Assembly (NCBI GenBank): GCA_977020255.1
Contig: CDROCS010006559.1
Span: 1 to 64,000 of the forward strand
Direction of reading: 5' to 3'
DNA: 64,000 bases
Source of the DNA: Obrimoposthia wandeli
Taxonomy: Eukaryota
The translations under genes and the position numbers were made by a program. This document shows, one piece after another, positions 19,859 through 30,388 of the stretch. Each line of letters starts with the position of its first letter. The first letter of the stretch is position 1. The notes under the pieces are model-generated. The model did not search any database. It was not told where the DNA came from and saw nothing but the letters and a program-made list of their open reading frames with translations.

Positions 19859-20707
19859 TTAATCGGCAGCTGATTTACGGGCTAATGCTTCTTGGTACAA
19901 AGCATTTTTTTTCTCACCCGTGATTTTTGCCGTTAATGCACAAGCTTGTTTAACAGGTAATTCTTCAAGCATTAAAGCAAATACCCGCAGAGTTTCACGA
20001 CTAAAACCTTCCTCTTCTTGAACCACTGCTGGCGATACTAAGACAACAAATTCACCCTTCTGTTGATTGTGATCCCCCTCTACCCATTCACAAAGAGCCC
20101 CTAAATTATCGCCGTGAATAGTTTCAAACGTTTTAGTCAGCTCTCTAGCAATCACCACATAACGTTGCGGGCCCAAGACATCTCTCATATCTCTTAGAGA
20201 TTCAACAATGCGATGTGGCGATTCATAAAAGATAGTGGTCATTGGATCGTCTGCAATCGCCAGTATTTGATCACAGCGACCAACCCGTTTTGCCGGCAGG
20301 AAACCTTGGAAAGAAAAATTATTGGACGGTAATCCCGCGGCGCTTATCGCTGTGACTAGTGCAGAACATCCCGGAATAGGCACGACTTTAAAGCCGGCTT
20401 CACGTACTGCTCTTACTAAAATAAAGCCGGGATCGGAAATTAATGGCGTTCCTGCATCGGATATCAGTGCAATACTTTCGCCACTGTTCAACTTTGAGAT
20501 GATAGTATCAACTCTTTGTCTTTCATTGTGATCATGGACTGATATCATTGGAGTTTTAATGTTAAAATGCGCCATTAATCGAGAGCTGTGGCGAGTATCT
20601 TCTGCAGCGATTAAAGCAACGGACTGCAAAACCTCTATCGCTCGATGGGTTATATCGGCAAGATTTCCGATGGGTGTTGCAACCACATACAACATAGCAT
20701 CTGACAT
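19859..20707 (-). CDS. rsmI: 16S rRNA C1402 2'-O-methyltransferase
   Basis: LYVVATPIGNLADIT, AEDTRHS, SDAGTPLISDPG, FYESPHR. Confidence 0.96.
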   Translation of the reverse strand: MSDAMLYVVATPIGNLADITHRAIEVLQSVALIAAEDTRHSSRLMAHFNIKTPMISVHDHNERQRVDTIISKLNSGESIALISDAGTPLISDPGFILVRAVREAGFKVVPIPGCSALVTAISAAGLPSNNFSFQGFLPAKRVGRCDQILAIADDPMTTIFYESPHRIVESLRDMRDVLGPQRYVVIARELTKTFETIHGDNLGALCEWVEGDHNQQKGEFVVLVSPAVVQEEEGFSRETLRVFALMLEELPVKQACALTAKITGEKKNALYQEALARKSAAD

Positions 20708-20730
20708 TTTATTCAATCCTATTGGGGTTC

Positions 20731-22560
20731 ATGAAGATTATGACACACGTAAAACGCTTGGCGATCATAGCGATATTTGCCATTTTAGCAACCGCTTGTA
20801 GCGTACAAAAGCCTATTTCAACCAAGCAGAGCTCTAGCCAGATTAAAGATGATAAAATCCGCGCCGAAAACTTAATTCTCCAAGCACAAAATGCAACGAC
20901 CAATCGCTCTATTGAGCTAAAAATTGAAGCGGCTACTATTCTTTATCAACTAGGGGATTTCACGCAATCCGCGTCAATACTTGATTCAATCGTATCTACA
21001 GAGCTAACTACACAGATTCTCTTTGATCTAAGTATACTCAAAGCGAAAAATGCCATTGCCCAAGGACAAACCCAAAGCGTCATTTCATATTTACAGCCAA
21101 TTGCCGATGATTCAATCTTCAGCGCTAAGCAAAATAGCGAAAAATATCAGCTAACCGCAACTGCTCATGGCATCTTACTAGAGAACCTACAGCAAATCCA
21201 AGCACAGATCAGCGCCAGTCAATTCGTCTCTGAGCGTACAGCTGCACTAGCGCTGAATGAAAATATTTGGCAGACCCTGCAATCCCTCTCTGATCAACAG
21301 CTGCTTACCCTATCAGAGCCTGATACCAACAGTTACACTGTACGTGGCTGGGGTAAATTAATCTCTTCTTTGCGAGCTAATCCTGGTTTTGAGAAGCTAC
21401 AAGCTAATATATGGTTACGTAGCTGGTCTGCCCACAGTGCCGCGAAGCTACCTCCTTTCATGCTTTCCACCTATCTCGAAAAAGAGCCTTTGGTCAACAA
21501 GCCGTACTCATTCAATCATGTGGTTATTGCGCTGCCTCAAAGCGGTAAGTTTGCTAAGGCTGGCAATGCAATTCGAGATGGTATAAAGCTCGCTGCCGCT
21601 GCCAATAATGAGATCAAAATCAGCTACATTGATACTGCAAATATATCTTCTGCCGCTGATATCCTCTCTCAAGCAACCCAATTACAGGCGGACATGATTA
21701 TCGGCCCGTTAAACAAGGCACTGGTTGGGCAGCTAGCGCAATTTGGCAACTTATCAATACCGACCTTAGCGCTTAATCATACCGTCATAGGGGCTGGTAA
21801 CTTATATCAAATAAGTTTATCTAGTGAAGGCGAGGCACGCGACGCCGCTGTTAAAGCCTACAATGATGGCCGTAGAAGCATGCTAGTACTAACCTCCGAC
21901 GACACCAAGGGAGAGCTTGCTGCAAACGCATTTAGCCAGCAGTTTAATGCTCTGGGTGGTCAGGTTCTAAGCACTAATAGATACAACACCCAGGAGGGCA
22001 ACCTTACTGATACTATTGCGCAAATGCTCCAGATCAGTCAAAGCCGTGTACGTGCACTACAAAAGAAAATGAAGACAGCCCAACTACGCGGTGTTATTCG
22101 ACGGATGCGACGTAAAGATGCGGATGGCATATTTCTGATGGCGTCTTTGGCTGACGCAATACAGATAGGCCCTAGTATTTCTTATTTTTATGCCTCAGAT
22201 TTGCCTTTATACGCAACCTCTAAAATCTATAGCGGCAGAAGCAATCCAACGCGTGACATCGACCTAAACGGCATGATGTTTGGCGATCTTCCCTGGGTAC
22301 TCGCTCCCCCTTCTGTCAGCAAGACCACTTTAGCGGCGACGCATAAAAACACCAGCACCCGTTTTGGCCGCCTTTATGCTTTAGGTATTGACGCTATGAA
22401 CGTTGCCCCAGAGCTTTACCAGCTATCAAACCAAGCGCTATCCAGTTACAGCGGCGAGACAGGTTTACTCAAAGTCACTTCTGACAATCAGGTAGAGCGC
22501 TCTCAACACTGGGCCCGATTTGTTAAAGGCACTCCTGAACTGCTCACTGAGCAGCCTTGA
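20731..22560 (+). CDS. lpoA: Penicillin-binding protein activator LpoA (lipoprotein)
   Basis: Lipobox ILATAC, LPQSG, IIGPL, RLYALGIDA; start uncertain (20722, 20731 or 20740). Confidence 0.88.
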   Translation: MKIMTHVKRLAIIAIFAILATACSVQKPISTKQSSSQIKDDKIRAENLILQAQNATTNRSIELKIEAATILYQLGDFTQSASILDSIVSTELTTQILFDLSILKAKNAIAQGQTQSVISYLQPIADDSIFSAKQNSEKYQLTATAHGILLENLQQIQAQISASQFVSERTAALALNENIWQTLQSLSDQQLLTLSEPDTNSYTVRGWGKLISSLRANPGFEKLQANIWLRSWSAHSAAKLPPFMLSTYLEKEPLVNKPYSFNHVVIALPQSGKFAKAGNAIRDGIKLAAAANNEIKISYIDTANISSAADILSQATQLQADMIIGPLNKALVGQLAQFGNLSIPTLALNHTVIGAGNLYQISLSSEGEARDAAVKAYNDGRRSMLVLTSDDTKGELAANAFSQQFNALGGQVLSTNRYNTQEGNLTDTIAQMLQISQSRVRALQKKMKTAQLRGVIRRMRRKDADGIFLMASLADAIQIGPSISYFYASDLPLYATSKIYSGRSNPTRDIDLNGMMFGDLPWVLAPPSVSKTTLAATHKNTSTRFGRLYALGIDAMNVAPELYQLSNQALSSYSGETGLLKVTSDNQVERSQHWARFVKGTPELLTEQP

Positions 22561-22910
22561 ACCTTCTAGGTAAAGACGCTGAAGACAAAGCAAGATCCTG
22601 GCTTATTAGCCAGGGACTTGTATTCATCTGCGCCAATTACTTAGTAAAGGTAGGAGAAATAGATCTCATCATGAGCGATAAAAACACCTTAGTTTTTATT
22701 GAAGTCAGGCTTAGATCTAACAGTGCTTTCGGTGGGGCTGCACAGTCCGTAACTTACTCTAAGCAGCAAAAAATCATTAAGACAGCACAACACTACTTGC
22801 AAACACAAACAAAGGTAGCGTTCGAAAGCTGTCGATTTGATGTCATCGCCTTCGAAACAAGCCCTGCACAACTACCACCAATATGGTATAAAGACGCCTT
22901 CAGACTTTAG
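22557..22910 (+). CDS. yraN: YraN family protein (UPF0102)
   Basis: GEIDLIM, LVFIEVRLR, CRFDVIAF. Confidence 0.93.
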   Translation: MNLLGKDAEDKARSWLISQGLVFICANYLVKVGEIDLIMSDKNTLVFIEVRLRSNSAFGGAAQSVTYSKQQKIIKTAQHYLQTQTKVAFESCRFDVIAFETSPAQLPPIWYKDAFRL

Positions 22911-22920
22911 GAAAAGATCA

Positions 22921-23511
22921 ATGGAACTCGAAGATCGCATTGTTAACCAATTTCACAGCACAATGGATATCAACGCCCATACGATAGAGCAATACACCCC
23001 ATTGATCGCACATGCCAGTGAAATACTTTTGCACTGCTTGGCTGGTGAAAATAAAATTATCTGTGTCGGCAATGGTGGCTCAGCCGCTCTTACCCAACAC
23101 TTTAGCGCGCTACTTCTGAGCCGCTTTCGCACTGAGCGGCCTGGCCTGCCCTGTATGTCTCTCACTAATGATGCCTGTTCACTCACAGCGATTATAGAAG
23201 ACAGTGGTTTCAGTGACATTTACGCCAAACAAATTCGCGCCTTCGGTCAACCCGGTGATGTGCTAATTGTGGCTACAACGCAAGGTAAAGGCAGCAGCTT
23301 AGTTCAAGCGATTCAGGCCGCACATGGCCGCGAAATGACAGTGATATTATTAAATGGCAATGATGGTGGCGATGTCACAGCACTTTTACGTCCAGATGAG
23401 GTCGAAATCTGCGTCCCATCCAGCGACAACATACTTATTCACAATACACACTTGTTAGTATTACACTGCCTGTGTGATTTGATTGACCATCAATTATTTG
23501 GAGCCCAATAA
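22921..23511 (+). CDS. diaA: SIS-domain GmhA/DiaA protein, DiaA-like
   Basis: GNGGS, RFRTERPGLP, YAKQIRAFGQPGD; lpoA-yraN-X-dolP position; several GmhA catalytic positions are substituted. Confidence 0.7.
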   Translation: MELEDRIVNQFHSTMDINAHTIEQYTPLIAHASEILLHCLAGENKIICVGNGGSAALTQHFSALLLSRFRTERPGLPCMSLTNDACSLTAIIEDSGFSDIYAKQIRAFGQPGDVLIVATTQGKGSSLVQAIQAAHGREMTVILLNGNDGGDVTALLRPDEVEICVPSSDNILIHNTHLLVLHCLCDLIDHQLFGAQ

Positions 23512-24083
23512 TGCGAACTCTACCACTTCTCGCGATCGCTACATTATCATTAATCATTGCAGGCTGTGCATCAGTCGTCGGCTCTGCAACTGAAGAACCC
23601 GTCACTAGCGATTTAGGGGTAAGAACCCCCGGCACGTTGATTGAAGATGAGTACATTGAAAACAAGATTCTTATTAACCTAGGTAAAGGCTCAGCCGGTG
23701 TTAGCAATTCTCATATAAACGTAGTAAGTTTTAATGAAAATGTTCTCCTTATTGGTCAAGTACCCGACGCCCAATCAAGTGAAGAAGCTTTTCAAATCGC
23801 CAACACAACCCGCAATGTCAAAAAAGTTCACAATGAGTTAGAGATAGCAGGCCCTACATCACTAATCATTCGTAGCAATGACACTTATCTAACCAGCCGT
23901 GCTAAAGTTAGCCTTTTAGCATCTGAATCGGCAAAAGGAATCAGGGTAAAGGTTATTACTGAAAACGGCTCCGTCTTTTTGATGGGACTAGTAACACGTG
24001 ATGAAGCAGATGCCGCGGTAGAAGCAATTAGACACATTAGCGGCGTACGACGCATCGTTAAAGTATTTGAATACATTAATTAG
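23511..24083 (+). CDS. dolP: Dual-BON-domain lipoprotein DolP/YraP
   Basis: Lipobox IIAGC, RTPGTLIED, LLIGQV, VITENGSVFLMGLV. Confidence 0.9.
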   Translation: MRTLPLLAIATLSLIIAGCASVVGSATEEPVTSDLGVRTPGTLIEDEYIENKILINLGKGSAGVSNSHINVVSFNENVLLIGQVPDAQSSEEAFQIANTTRNVKKVHNELEIAGPTSLIIRSNDTYLTSRAKVSLLASESAKGIRVKVITENGSVFLMGLVTRDEADAAVEAIRHISGVRRIVKVFEYIN

Positions 24084-24100
24084 CAACTAATTCTGCGTAT

Positions 24101-24127
24101 AAAAAAAGGCCAATATGGCCTTTTTTT
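24101..24127. terminator. Bidirectional terminator between dolP and sspB
   Basis: A7-GGCCA-ATA-TGGCC-T7. Confidence 0.85.
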
Positions 24128-24146
24128 ACATCTTGAATATACAGTA

Positions 24147-24548
24147 CTACTTTACTACTTGCAGCTTTGGCCTCTGTCTTACTGGCTTTGGCGGTTCCGG
24201 TGGCTCTGGCGTTGCTGTCGACTCAAAAAATTCAACGCCCGGTTCCATACCAAAACCCATTCCCGATCCATTTTCTTTTGCATAAATCGCAACAATGGCT
24301 ACCATTGGCACATACACGTTCATTGGCACTCCACCAAATCGCGCATTAAATGAGAGAGACTCATCGGCTAGCTCTAAGTTTTGCACTGCACTAGGATTTA
24401 TATTCAGAACTATTTGCCCCTCTGAAATAAACTGCTCAGGTACCATTACTCCTTTAATGGTCGCATCTACAACAACGTGGGGGGTACATTGGTTTTCTAA
24501 CAACCACTGATACAAACCGCGTAAAATATAAGGTCGACTAGGGTTCAC
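24147..24548 (-). CDS. sspB: ClpXP adaptor SspB
   Basis: SRPYILRGLYQW, ARFGG, C-terminal PKLQVVK. Confidence 0.95.
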   Translation of the reverse strand: MNPSRPYILRGLYQWLLENQCTPHVVVDATIKGVMVPEQFISEGQIVLNINPSAVQNLELADESLSFNARFGGVPMNVYVPMVAIVAIYAKENGSGMGFGMEPGVEFFESTATPEPPEPPKPVRQRPKLQVVK

Positions 24549-24572
24549 ACTTCTTACCTTTTAATTAGCTAA

Positions 24573-24598
24573 TAAAAAAGGATGCCTAAGCATCCTTT
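24573..24598 (-). terminator. Terminator-like hairpin between sspA and sspB
   Basis: Minus strand AAAGGATGC-TTAG-GCATCCTTT followed by TTT. Confidence 0.55.
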
Positions 24599-24614
24599 AT
24601 GTTACGAAACTATT

Positions 24615-25247
24615 TTAGTAACGTAACTCACGCTCATATTCTGAAAGACTTTCCTGGAATGATTCACGCTCAAATAAGCGATCAGTATATTCCATTAAAG
24701 CTTCACATTGATCCGCTGGTAACTCAACCCCAAGTGATGGCAAACGCCATAGGATTGGAGCAATACAGCAATCTACCAATGTGAACTCTTCACTCATGAA
24801 GAATTCTTTTTCTGCAAAGATTGGCGAAATAGTAATTAGGCTATCACGCAATTGCTTACGCGTCGCTTCTAATTCCTCTACATTCAACTTTCCACTCAAT
24901 ATTTGATCGACTAGCAAACACCAATCTTTTTGAATACGGTGCATATATAAGCGACTTTCCGCGCGTGCAACCGGATAAACAGGTAGTAATGGTGGATGCG
25001 GGAAACGCTCATCTAAATACTCCATCATCACGTTTGGCTCATATAACACCAATTCACGATCGACTAAAGTAGGCAGTGTATTATAAGGATTTAGCGACGC
25101 TAAATCTTCAGGAACATCGCATGCATCACAGTCGATAATTTCAACTGCTACACTCTTTTCTGCCAATACAATACGGACACGGTGACTGTAGTGGTCTGAC
25201 CCATCTGACAAAAAGGTCATGGAAGAACGCTTTGTGACAACTCCCAT
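24615..25247 (-). CDS. sspA: Stringent starvation protein A (GST fold)
   Basis: YSHRVRIVLAEK, NPYNTLPTLVDR, EYLDERFPHPPLLPVYP. Confidence 0.96.
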   Translation of the reverse strand: MGVVTKRSSMTFLSDGSDHYSHRVRIVLAEKSVAVEIIDCDACDVPEDLASLNPYNTLPTLVDRELVLYEPNVMMEYLDERFPHPPLLPVYPVARAESRLYMHRIQKDWCLLVDQILSGKLNVEELEATRKQLRDSLITISPIFAEKEFFMSEEFTLVDCCIAPILWRLPSLGVELPADQCEALMEYTDRLFERESFQESLSEYERELRY

Positions 25248-25351
25248 TGAAGTCCCCTCATTAATAATCGCTAAAAACAAAATAAGCGCAGCCCATTACA
25301 GGCTGCGCTACGCATTATATCAGAAAGCAATAATGCTTTCCCTGACCGATA

Positions 25352-26116
25352 TTAGTGAATATCGCGCCAGTATTCTTTTTTCAGTGCATAGGCAAAGAAG
25401 AAGAAGATGAACAGGAAGATCAATACTTTAGTGCCCATTGCTTGAGATTCTAATTTAGAAGGCTCTCCAACGTAAGTCATAAAGTTAACCAGATCGTAAA
25501 TGGTACGATCAAATTCCTTTTCAGTTTGCTCACCAGTACCATCTACAACACTATAACAACCGCCAATCTCCTGACCTGTTAAAGGATCAATTTCGGTTGT
25601 CTGATGAAGTAACTCATCGGCAGAACAATGATTCAACTGCACGCCCTGTAAGTAGCCCAATACATTTGGCATACCCACATCTTTAAAGACCGCGTTGTTG
25701 ACTCCCCAAGGACGCGAAGAGTCTTGGTAAAAACTACGCAAGTATGTGTACAACCAATCCGGACCGCGTAAACGTGCCTCAAGCGTCAAATCTGGTGGCG
25801 CCGTACCAAACCATTTTGCCGCTTCAACTTTAGGCATTGGATTGGTCATTTGCTCTCCCACTTTCTGGTCAGAGAAAACTAAGTTTTCTTGAACCAGCTG
25901 AACGGGAATACCCAAATCATCTGCAGCCCGGCTATAACGCTGGTACTGCATTGAGTGACAACCTAGGCAATTGTTCACATAAGTCTTCATGCCACGCTGC
26001 ATTGACGCTTTATTGGTTAGGTCAACATTCATTTCATCTAAGTGAACACCTCCCCCAGCTGCTTGTGCAAGTGCGGGAAGCATTAGAACGAGTAGTGCAA
26101 TAAAATACTTTTTCAT
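25352..26116 (-). CDS. petC: Cytochrome c1
   Basis: CLGCH heme motif, PPDLTL, C-terminal TM helix; start at MKKYF overlaps the petB stop. Confidence 0.95.
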   Translation of the reverse strand: MKKYFIALLVLMLPALAQAAGGGVHLDEMNVDLTNKASMQRGMKTYVNNCLGCHSMQYQRYSRAADDLGIPVQLVQENLVFSDQKVGEQMTNPMPKVEAAKWFGTAPPDLTLEARLRGPDWLYTYLRSFYQDSSRPWGVNNAVFKDVGMPNVLGYLQGVQLNHCSADELLHQTTEIDPLTGQEIGGCYSVVDGTGEQTEKEFDRTIYDLVNFMTYVGEPSKLESQAMGTKVLIFLFIFFFFAYALKKEYWRDIH

Positions 26117-27363
26117 TAGCCTGTCACCCTTTCTGGAACGGGTTTTGTTTTTTCCATTCGAGTAAAGAATGGCATGCCGAAGAAATAGGCAAAATACAAA
26201 CCAGTACATACTTGCGCCATCACTGTTCGTGCAGGCGTTGATGGAACGACACCCAAGTAACCCAAGATCACAAAACAGACTGCAAAAATAACTATACCGA
26301 CCTTGCTCATCCAACCCTTATAGCGGATTGATTTCACAGCACTGCGGTCAAGCCATGGCAAGACAAACAAGATAGCTATTGCCGCACCCATCACAACAAC
26401 ACCTGGGAACTGTGATGCCGCTATTGGCGGTATTGCGCGCAACATGGCATAGAAAGGTGTGAAGTACCAAACTGGTGCGATGTGCGGCGGAGTCTTTAAC
26501 GGGTTTGCAGCTTCAAAGTTTGGCGCTTCAATAAAGTAGCCACCGCCTTCTGGGAAGAAGAAAACTATAGTACAAAATACGAATAAGAAAACCACTACAC
26601 CCACAATGTCTTTAACACTGTAATAGGGATGGAAGGGAATACCGTCAAGCGGAACGCCGTTTTCATCTTTCTTATCTTTTATTTCGATGCCATCTGGGTT
26701 ATTAGATCCGACTTCATGCAAAGCAATGATGTGCAGAACAACTAACGCCAGTATAACGATAGGTAGCGCGATAACATGCAGGGCAAAGAAACGCGTGAGC
26801 GTTGCACCTGATATCAAGTAATCTCCGCGAATCCACTCAGCTAGATCGGGACCGATAAATGGAACCGCCTGGAAGAGCGAGACAATTACCTGCGCACCCC
26901 AATAAGACATCTGCCCCCACGGTAGTAGATAACCCATGAATGCTTCAGCCATTAGCGCGACGTAAATCACCATGCCAAAGATCCATACCAACTCACGAGG
27001 GTTGCGGTAAGAGCCGTAAAGCATGCCGCGGAACATGTGCATATAGACGACAAAGAAGAACGCTGAAGCACCCGTAGAGTGCATATAGCGTATCAGCCAG
27101 CCGTAATCGACATCTCGCATGATATATTCTACCGATGCAAAGGCCCCCTCATTTGTCGGAGAGTAACTCATTGTCAGCCAAATACCCGTAAGAATTTGGT
27201 TAACTAACACAAGCATCGCTAGTGATCCAAAGAAATACCAGAAATTGAAATTCTTTGGCGCGTAATATTTCGAAAGATGATCTTCCCACATCGCTGTCGC
27301 TGGAAAGCGGTCATCAATCCAACCCATGATCCCAGGGTTGCCTTTGTTTCTTGAACCAGCCAT
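26116..27363 (-). CDS. petB: Cytochrome b
   Basis: NFWYFFGS, GQMSYWGAQVI, RFFALH, PVWYFTPFYA. Confidence 0.97.
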   Translation of the reverse strand: MAGSRNKGNPGIMGWIDDRFPATAMWEDHLSKYYAPKNFNFWYFFGSLAMLVLVNQILTGIWLTMSYSPTNEGAFASVEYIMRDVDYGWLIRYMHSTGASAFFFVVYMHMFRGMLYGSYRNPRELVWIFGMVIYVALMAEAFMGYLLPWGQMSYWGAQVIVSLFQAVPFIGPDLAEWIRGDYLISGATLTRFFALHVIALPIVILALVVLHIIALHEVGSNNPDGIEIKDKKDENGVPLDGIPFHPYYSVKDIVGVVVFLFVFCTIVFFFPEGGGYFIEAPNFEAANPLKTPPHIAPVWYFTPFYAMLRAIPPIAASQFPGVVVMGAAIAILFVLPWLDRSAVKSIRYKGWMSKVGIVIFAVCFVILGYLGVVPSTPARTVMAQVCTGLYFAYFFGMPFFTRMEKTKPVPERVTG

Positions 27364-27963
27364 TTACGATTTCTCCTCTGGGTTAAGACCTACGACTAGA
27401 ATATCGCCATCCTCGTAGAAATGCGGAGGAATAACCAAGTTAACCGGTGCAGGAGAACCGTCAAATACGCGACCTGACAAATCGAATCGCGAACCGTGGC
27501 AGGGACAAAAGAATCCACCTACCCAATTATCATCAAAAGGCTGAGGACCAACTTCTGGACGATACGTCGGCGAACAACCTAAGTGAGTACAAATACCTAC
27601 CATGACAGCGATATTTTCACGCACCGAACGCGCCGGTGTATGAGGAATATATTCTGGTTGCTGTGGCATTTCTGATAGTGGATCTGACATTCTATCGTTA
27701 ATTTCGCCAAGTGTTTTAAGACTGACTGCACTACGCTTCACAACCCATACAGGCTTCCCGCGCCACTGCACTATCATCTGCTGACCTTCTTCAAGCTTAC
27801 TAATATCAGCTTTAGCAGGTGCTCCAGCAGCCTTTGCCTTGGCACTTGGATTCCATGAACCCAAGAAAGGTACAGCGACCCCAGCCGCGCCAACTGCACC
27901 CATCGCAGAAGTCGCTCCGACTAGGAGACGTCGCCGGCCCTTATTTACGCCGTCATTGCTCAT
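27364..27963 (-). CDS. petA: Rieske iron-sulfur subunit of the bc1 complex
   Basis: Tat RR motif, CTHLGC and CPCHGS. Confidence 0.97.
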   Translation of the reverse strand: MSNDGVNKGRRRLLVGATSAMGAVGAAGVAVPFLGSWNPSAKAKAAGAPAKADISKLEEGQQMIVQWRGKPVWVVKRSAVSLKTLGEINDRMSDPLSEMPQQPEYIPHTPARSVRENIAVMVGICTHLGCSPTYRPEVGPQPFDDNWVGGFFCPCHGSRFDLSGRVFDGSPAPVNLVIPPHFYEDGDILVVGLNPEEKS

Positions 27964-28185
27964 CAAGATTTCTCCCCTTATTCAACCCCTGCACCCATCG
28001 TCGCAGATGTCAGTGAATTGCACAGTATAAAACCAAATAAATTCTGTCGTTTATAAATGGGCAAATAGTAATAAATATACCCATAGTTATCAAGGTCAAA
28101 TACTAAGTATAGCCCAGCTTCAGGAGGAAATATGTTTTATATCAACTTATTACATCCTATTTGCGCCAGCCGCTAAATTTAGAGC

Positions 28186-28224
28186 AAAAAAAAACGCTCG
28201 AACCTGTACAGTATCGAGCGTTTT
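28186..28224 (-). terminator. rplM-rpsI terminator
   Basis: AAAACGCTCGA/TCGAGCGTTTT stem with a minus-strand T tract. Confidence 0.75.
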
Positions 28225-28262
28225 CTCTGCTGATAGCCGCCATAGCAATGGCGGCAACCAAT

Positions 28263-28655
28263 TTAACGCTTAGAGAACTGAGGACGTTTACGCGCTTTGC
28301 GTAGACCAACCTTCTTACGTTCAACTTCACGAGCATCACGTGTAACGAAACCAGCTTTACGCAATGCAGGGCGCAATGTTTCGTCGAACTCCATTAGAGC
28401 ACGTGTGATACCGTGACGGATAGCACCAGCTTGACCGAAGCCGCCGCCGCCTTTAACCGTAACGAGTACGTCAAATTTCTCTAGAGTTTCAGTTAGCTCT
28501 AAAGGCTGACGAACGATCATACGCGCTGTTTCGCGACCGAAATAATTTTCGATTGTACGATCATTAATGGTAATTGTACCTGTACCTGGACGCAAAAATA
28601 CACGAGCAGCAGACGTTTTACGACGACCTGTTCCGTAATACTGAGTAGCTGACAT
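28263..28655 (-). CDS. rpsI: 30S ribosomal protein S9
   Basis: YGTGRRK, C-terminal RKRPQFSKR. Confidence 0.99.
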   Translation of the reverse strand: MSATQYYGTGRRKTSAARVFLRPGTGTITINDRTIENYFGRETARMIVRQPLELTETLEKFDVLVTVKGGGGFGQAGAIRHGITRALMEFDETLRPALRKAGFVTRDAREVERKKVGLRKARKRPQFSKR

Positions 28656-28668
28656 AATCTACTTCCCC

Positions 28669-29097
28669 TTATACATTCAATTCTAGTGGCTGCTGAGCCG
28701 CATGTGGATGTTCTGCACCAGCGTAAACTTTAAGCTTAGTGTACATAGAGCGCCCTAGCGGGCCTTTTGGTAACATACCTTTAACAGCAAGCTCAATAAC
28801 ACGTGTAGGGTGGTTATTAATCATGATATCGAAGTTAGCTGTCTTCAGACCACCTGGGTAACCTGAGTGACGGTAGTATATTTTACCTTGACGCTTATTA
28901 CCTGTAACGTGAACTTTTTCAGCGTTAACGACAACAATGTAGTCGCCAGTATCTGCGTGTGGAGTGTATTCTGCTTTATGCTTGCCGCGTAGACGACGTG
29001 CAATTTCAGTAGCCATACGACCCAGAGTTTTACCTTCTGCGTCAATTACGTACCAGTCGCGTTTTATTTCGGCTGGCTTAGCAACAAAAGTTTTCAT
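28669..29097 (-). CDS. rplM: 50S ribosomal protein L13
   Basis: [27 protein letters not shown]. Confidence 0.99.
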   Translation of the reverse strand: MKTFVAKPAEIKRDWYVIDAEGKTLGRMATEIARRLRGKHKAEYTPHADTGDYIVVVNAEKVHVTGNKRQGKIYYRHSGYPGGLKTANFDIMINNHPTRVIELAVKGMLPKGPLGRSMYTKLKVYAGAEHPHAAQQPLELNV

Positions 29098-29278
29098 CTT
29101 TGTTCGCCTTACTTAATCTTAAACCTAGTTCACAGAGCTGATAGTTAACTACCTTGCCTGCTACCGGTTTAGCTTATAATTATTCGTTATAGGCTACGCC
29201 CATAACATCCAACCCCAATTTGAGGAGGGCGCATAATACACAAGCTAGTTTAAAATAACCAGTGCTTATTTACATTAA

Positions 29279-30388
29279 TTAAGCGCGATGCGCCTTCGCT
29301 AGATAATCGTGTGATTGCATCTCTAACAACCTACTTTTAGTACGCTCTACTTCAAAGGACAACCTACCTTCTGTGTATATTTCAAAGATGGGCACCTGCG
29401 CCGACAAAATAAGCTTAACACCTGAATCATAGAACTCATCAACCATGTTAATAAAGCGCCTCGCGGCGTCATCATTTGCTCGCCCCAGCTGAGGAACATT
29501 GGACACTAATACGGCATGATAAAGCTTGGCCAGCTCTATGTAATCATTTTGCGAGCGAGGCCCATCACATATTTCTGGGAAATCAAACCAAACAACATCC
29601 TCGCAACAACGACGAGACTGTAAGTAGCGCCCATTAACCTCTATCTGCTCATTTTCAACCACTTCGTCTAGATCGGGAGACAAACTTTCAAAGCTTTTAT
29701 TCAGGCTTTGATCCGCCGCTGCATCCAGTGGCGTATGGTATAACTCAGCTTGCTCTAACGCGCGTAGGCGATAGTCCACGCCCCCATCAACATTAACAAC
29801 TTCTGTATGTATTTCCAGCAGCTTAATCGCTGGCAGAAACCGCGCCCGCTGCAGACCATCTTTATACAATCCAGAAGGTATTATGTTTGATGTCGCCACT
29901 AAGGATACACCCTGTGCAAACAACCGCTCAAACAAGCCTCCTAAGATCATTGCATCAGTAATATCTGAGACAAAGAATTCGTCGAAGCAAATAATTCTTG
30001 CCTGCTCGGCATATTTTTTAGCGATGCTATCTAATGGATTCTTTTGCCCTTCAAGGCGGGTTAAGTCTGCATGTACTCGCTGCATGAAACGATGAAAGTG
30101 GGTACGTTCTTTGCGCTCAAAGGGCAGACTATCGAAAAAAGTATCCATTAAATAGGTTTTACCGCGCCCTACTCCGCCCCAAAAATACAGCCCTTTTATC
30201 GGCTCGGGCTGCACCGGTGCTTTAAAAACGCTCCCCAACTTAGACAATAAACCGGCAGGTTTGACTGGTACCTGCTCAATAAGCTCGTCATAAAGTCGCT
30301 GCAAATGTTTAACGGCTATTTCTTGAGAAGCATCGTATGAAAAATCATCACGTTGTAAATCTTGTTGGTAGCGCTCTATAGGAGACAT
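29279..30388 (-). CDS. zapE: Cell division ATPase ZapE (AFG1 family)
   Basis: GGVGRGKTYLMD, CFDEFFVSDITDAM, RRFINMVDEFYD; likely start MSPIERYQ. Confidence 0.94.
   Translation of the reverse strand: MSPIERYQQDLQRDDFSYDASQEIAVKHLQRLYDELIEQVPVKPAGLLSKLGSVFKAPVQPEPIKGLYFWGGVGRGKTYLMDTFFDSLPFERKERTHFHRFMQRVHADLTRLEGQKNPLDSIAKKYAEQARIICFDEFFVSDITDAMILGGLFERLFAQGVSLVATSNIIPSGLYKDGLQRARFLPAIKLLEIHTEVVNVDGGVDYRLRALEQAELYHTPLDAAADQSLNKSFESLSPDLDEVVENEQIEVNGRYLQSRRCCEDVVWFDFPEICDGPRSQNDYIELAKLYHAVLVSNVPQLGRANDDAARRFINMVDEFYDSGVKLILSAQVPIFEIYTEGRLSFEVERTKSRLLEMQSHDYLAKAHRA

Noticed and set aside
25352-26314. 320-aa version of petC
   Set aside because: The first 66 codons overlap petB; the real start is MKKYF at 26116
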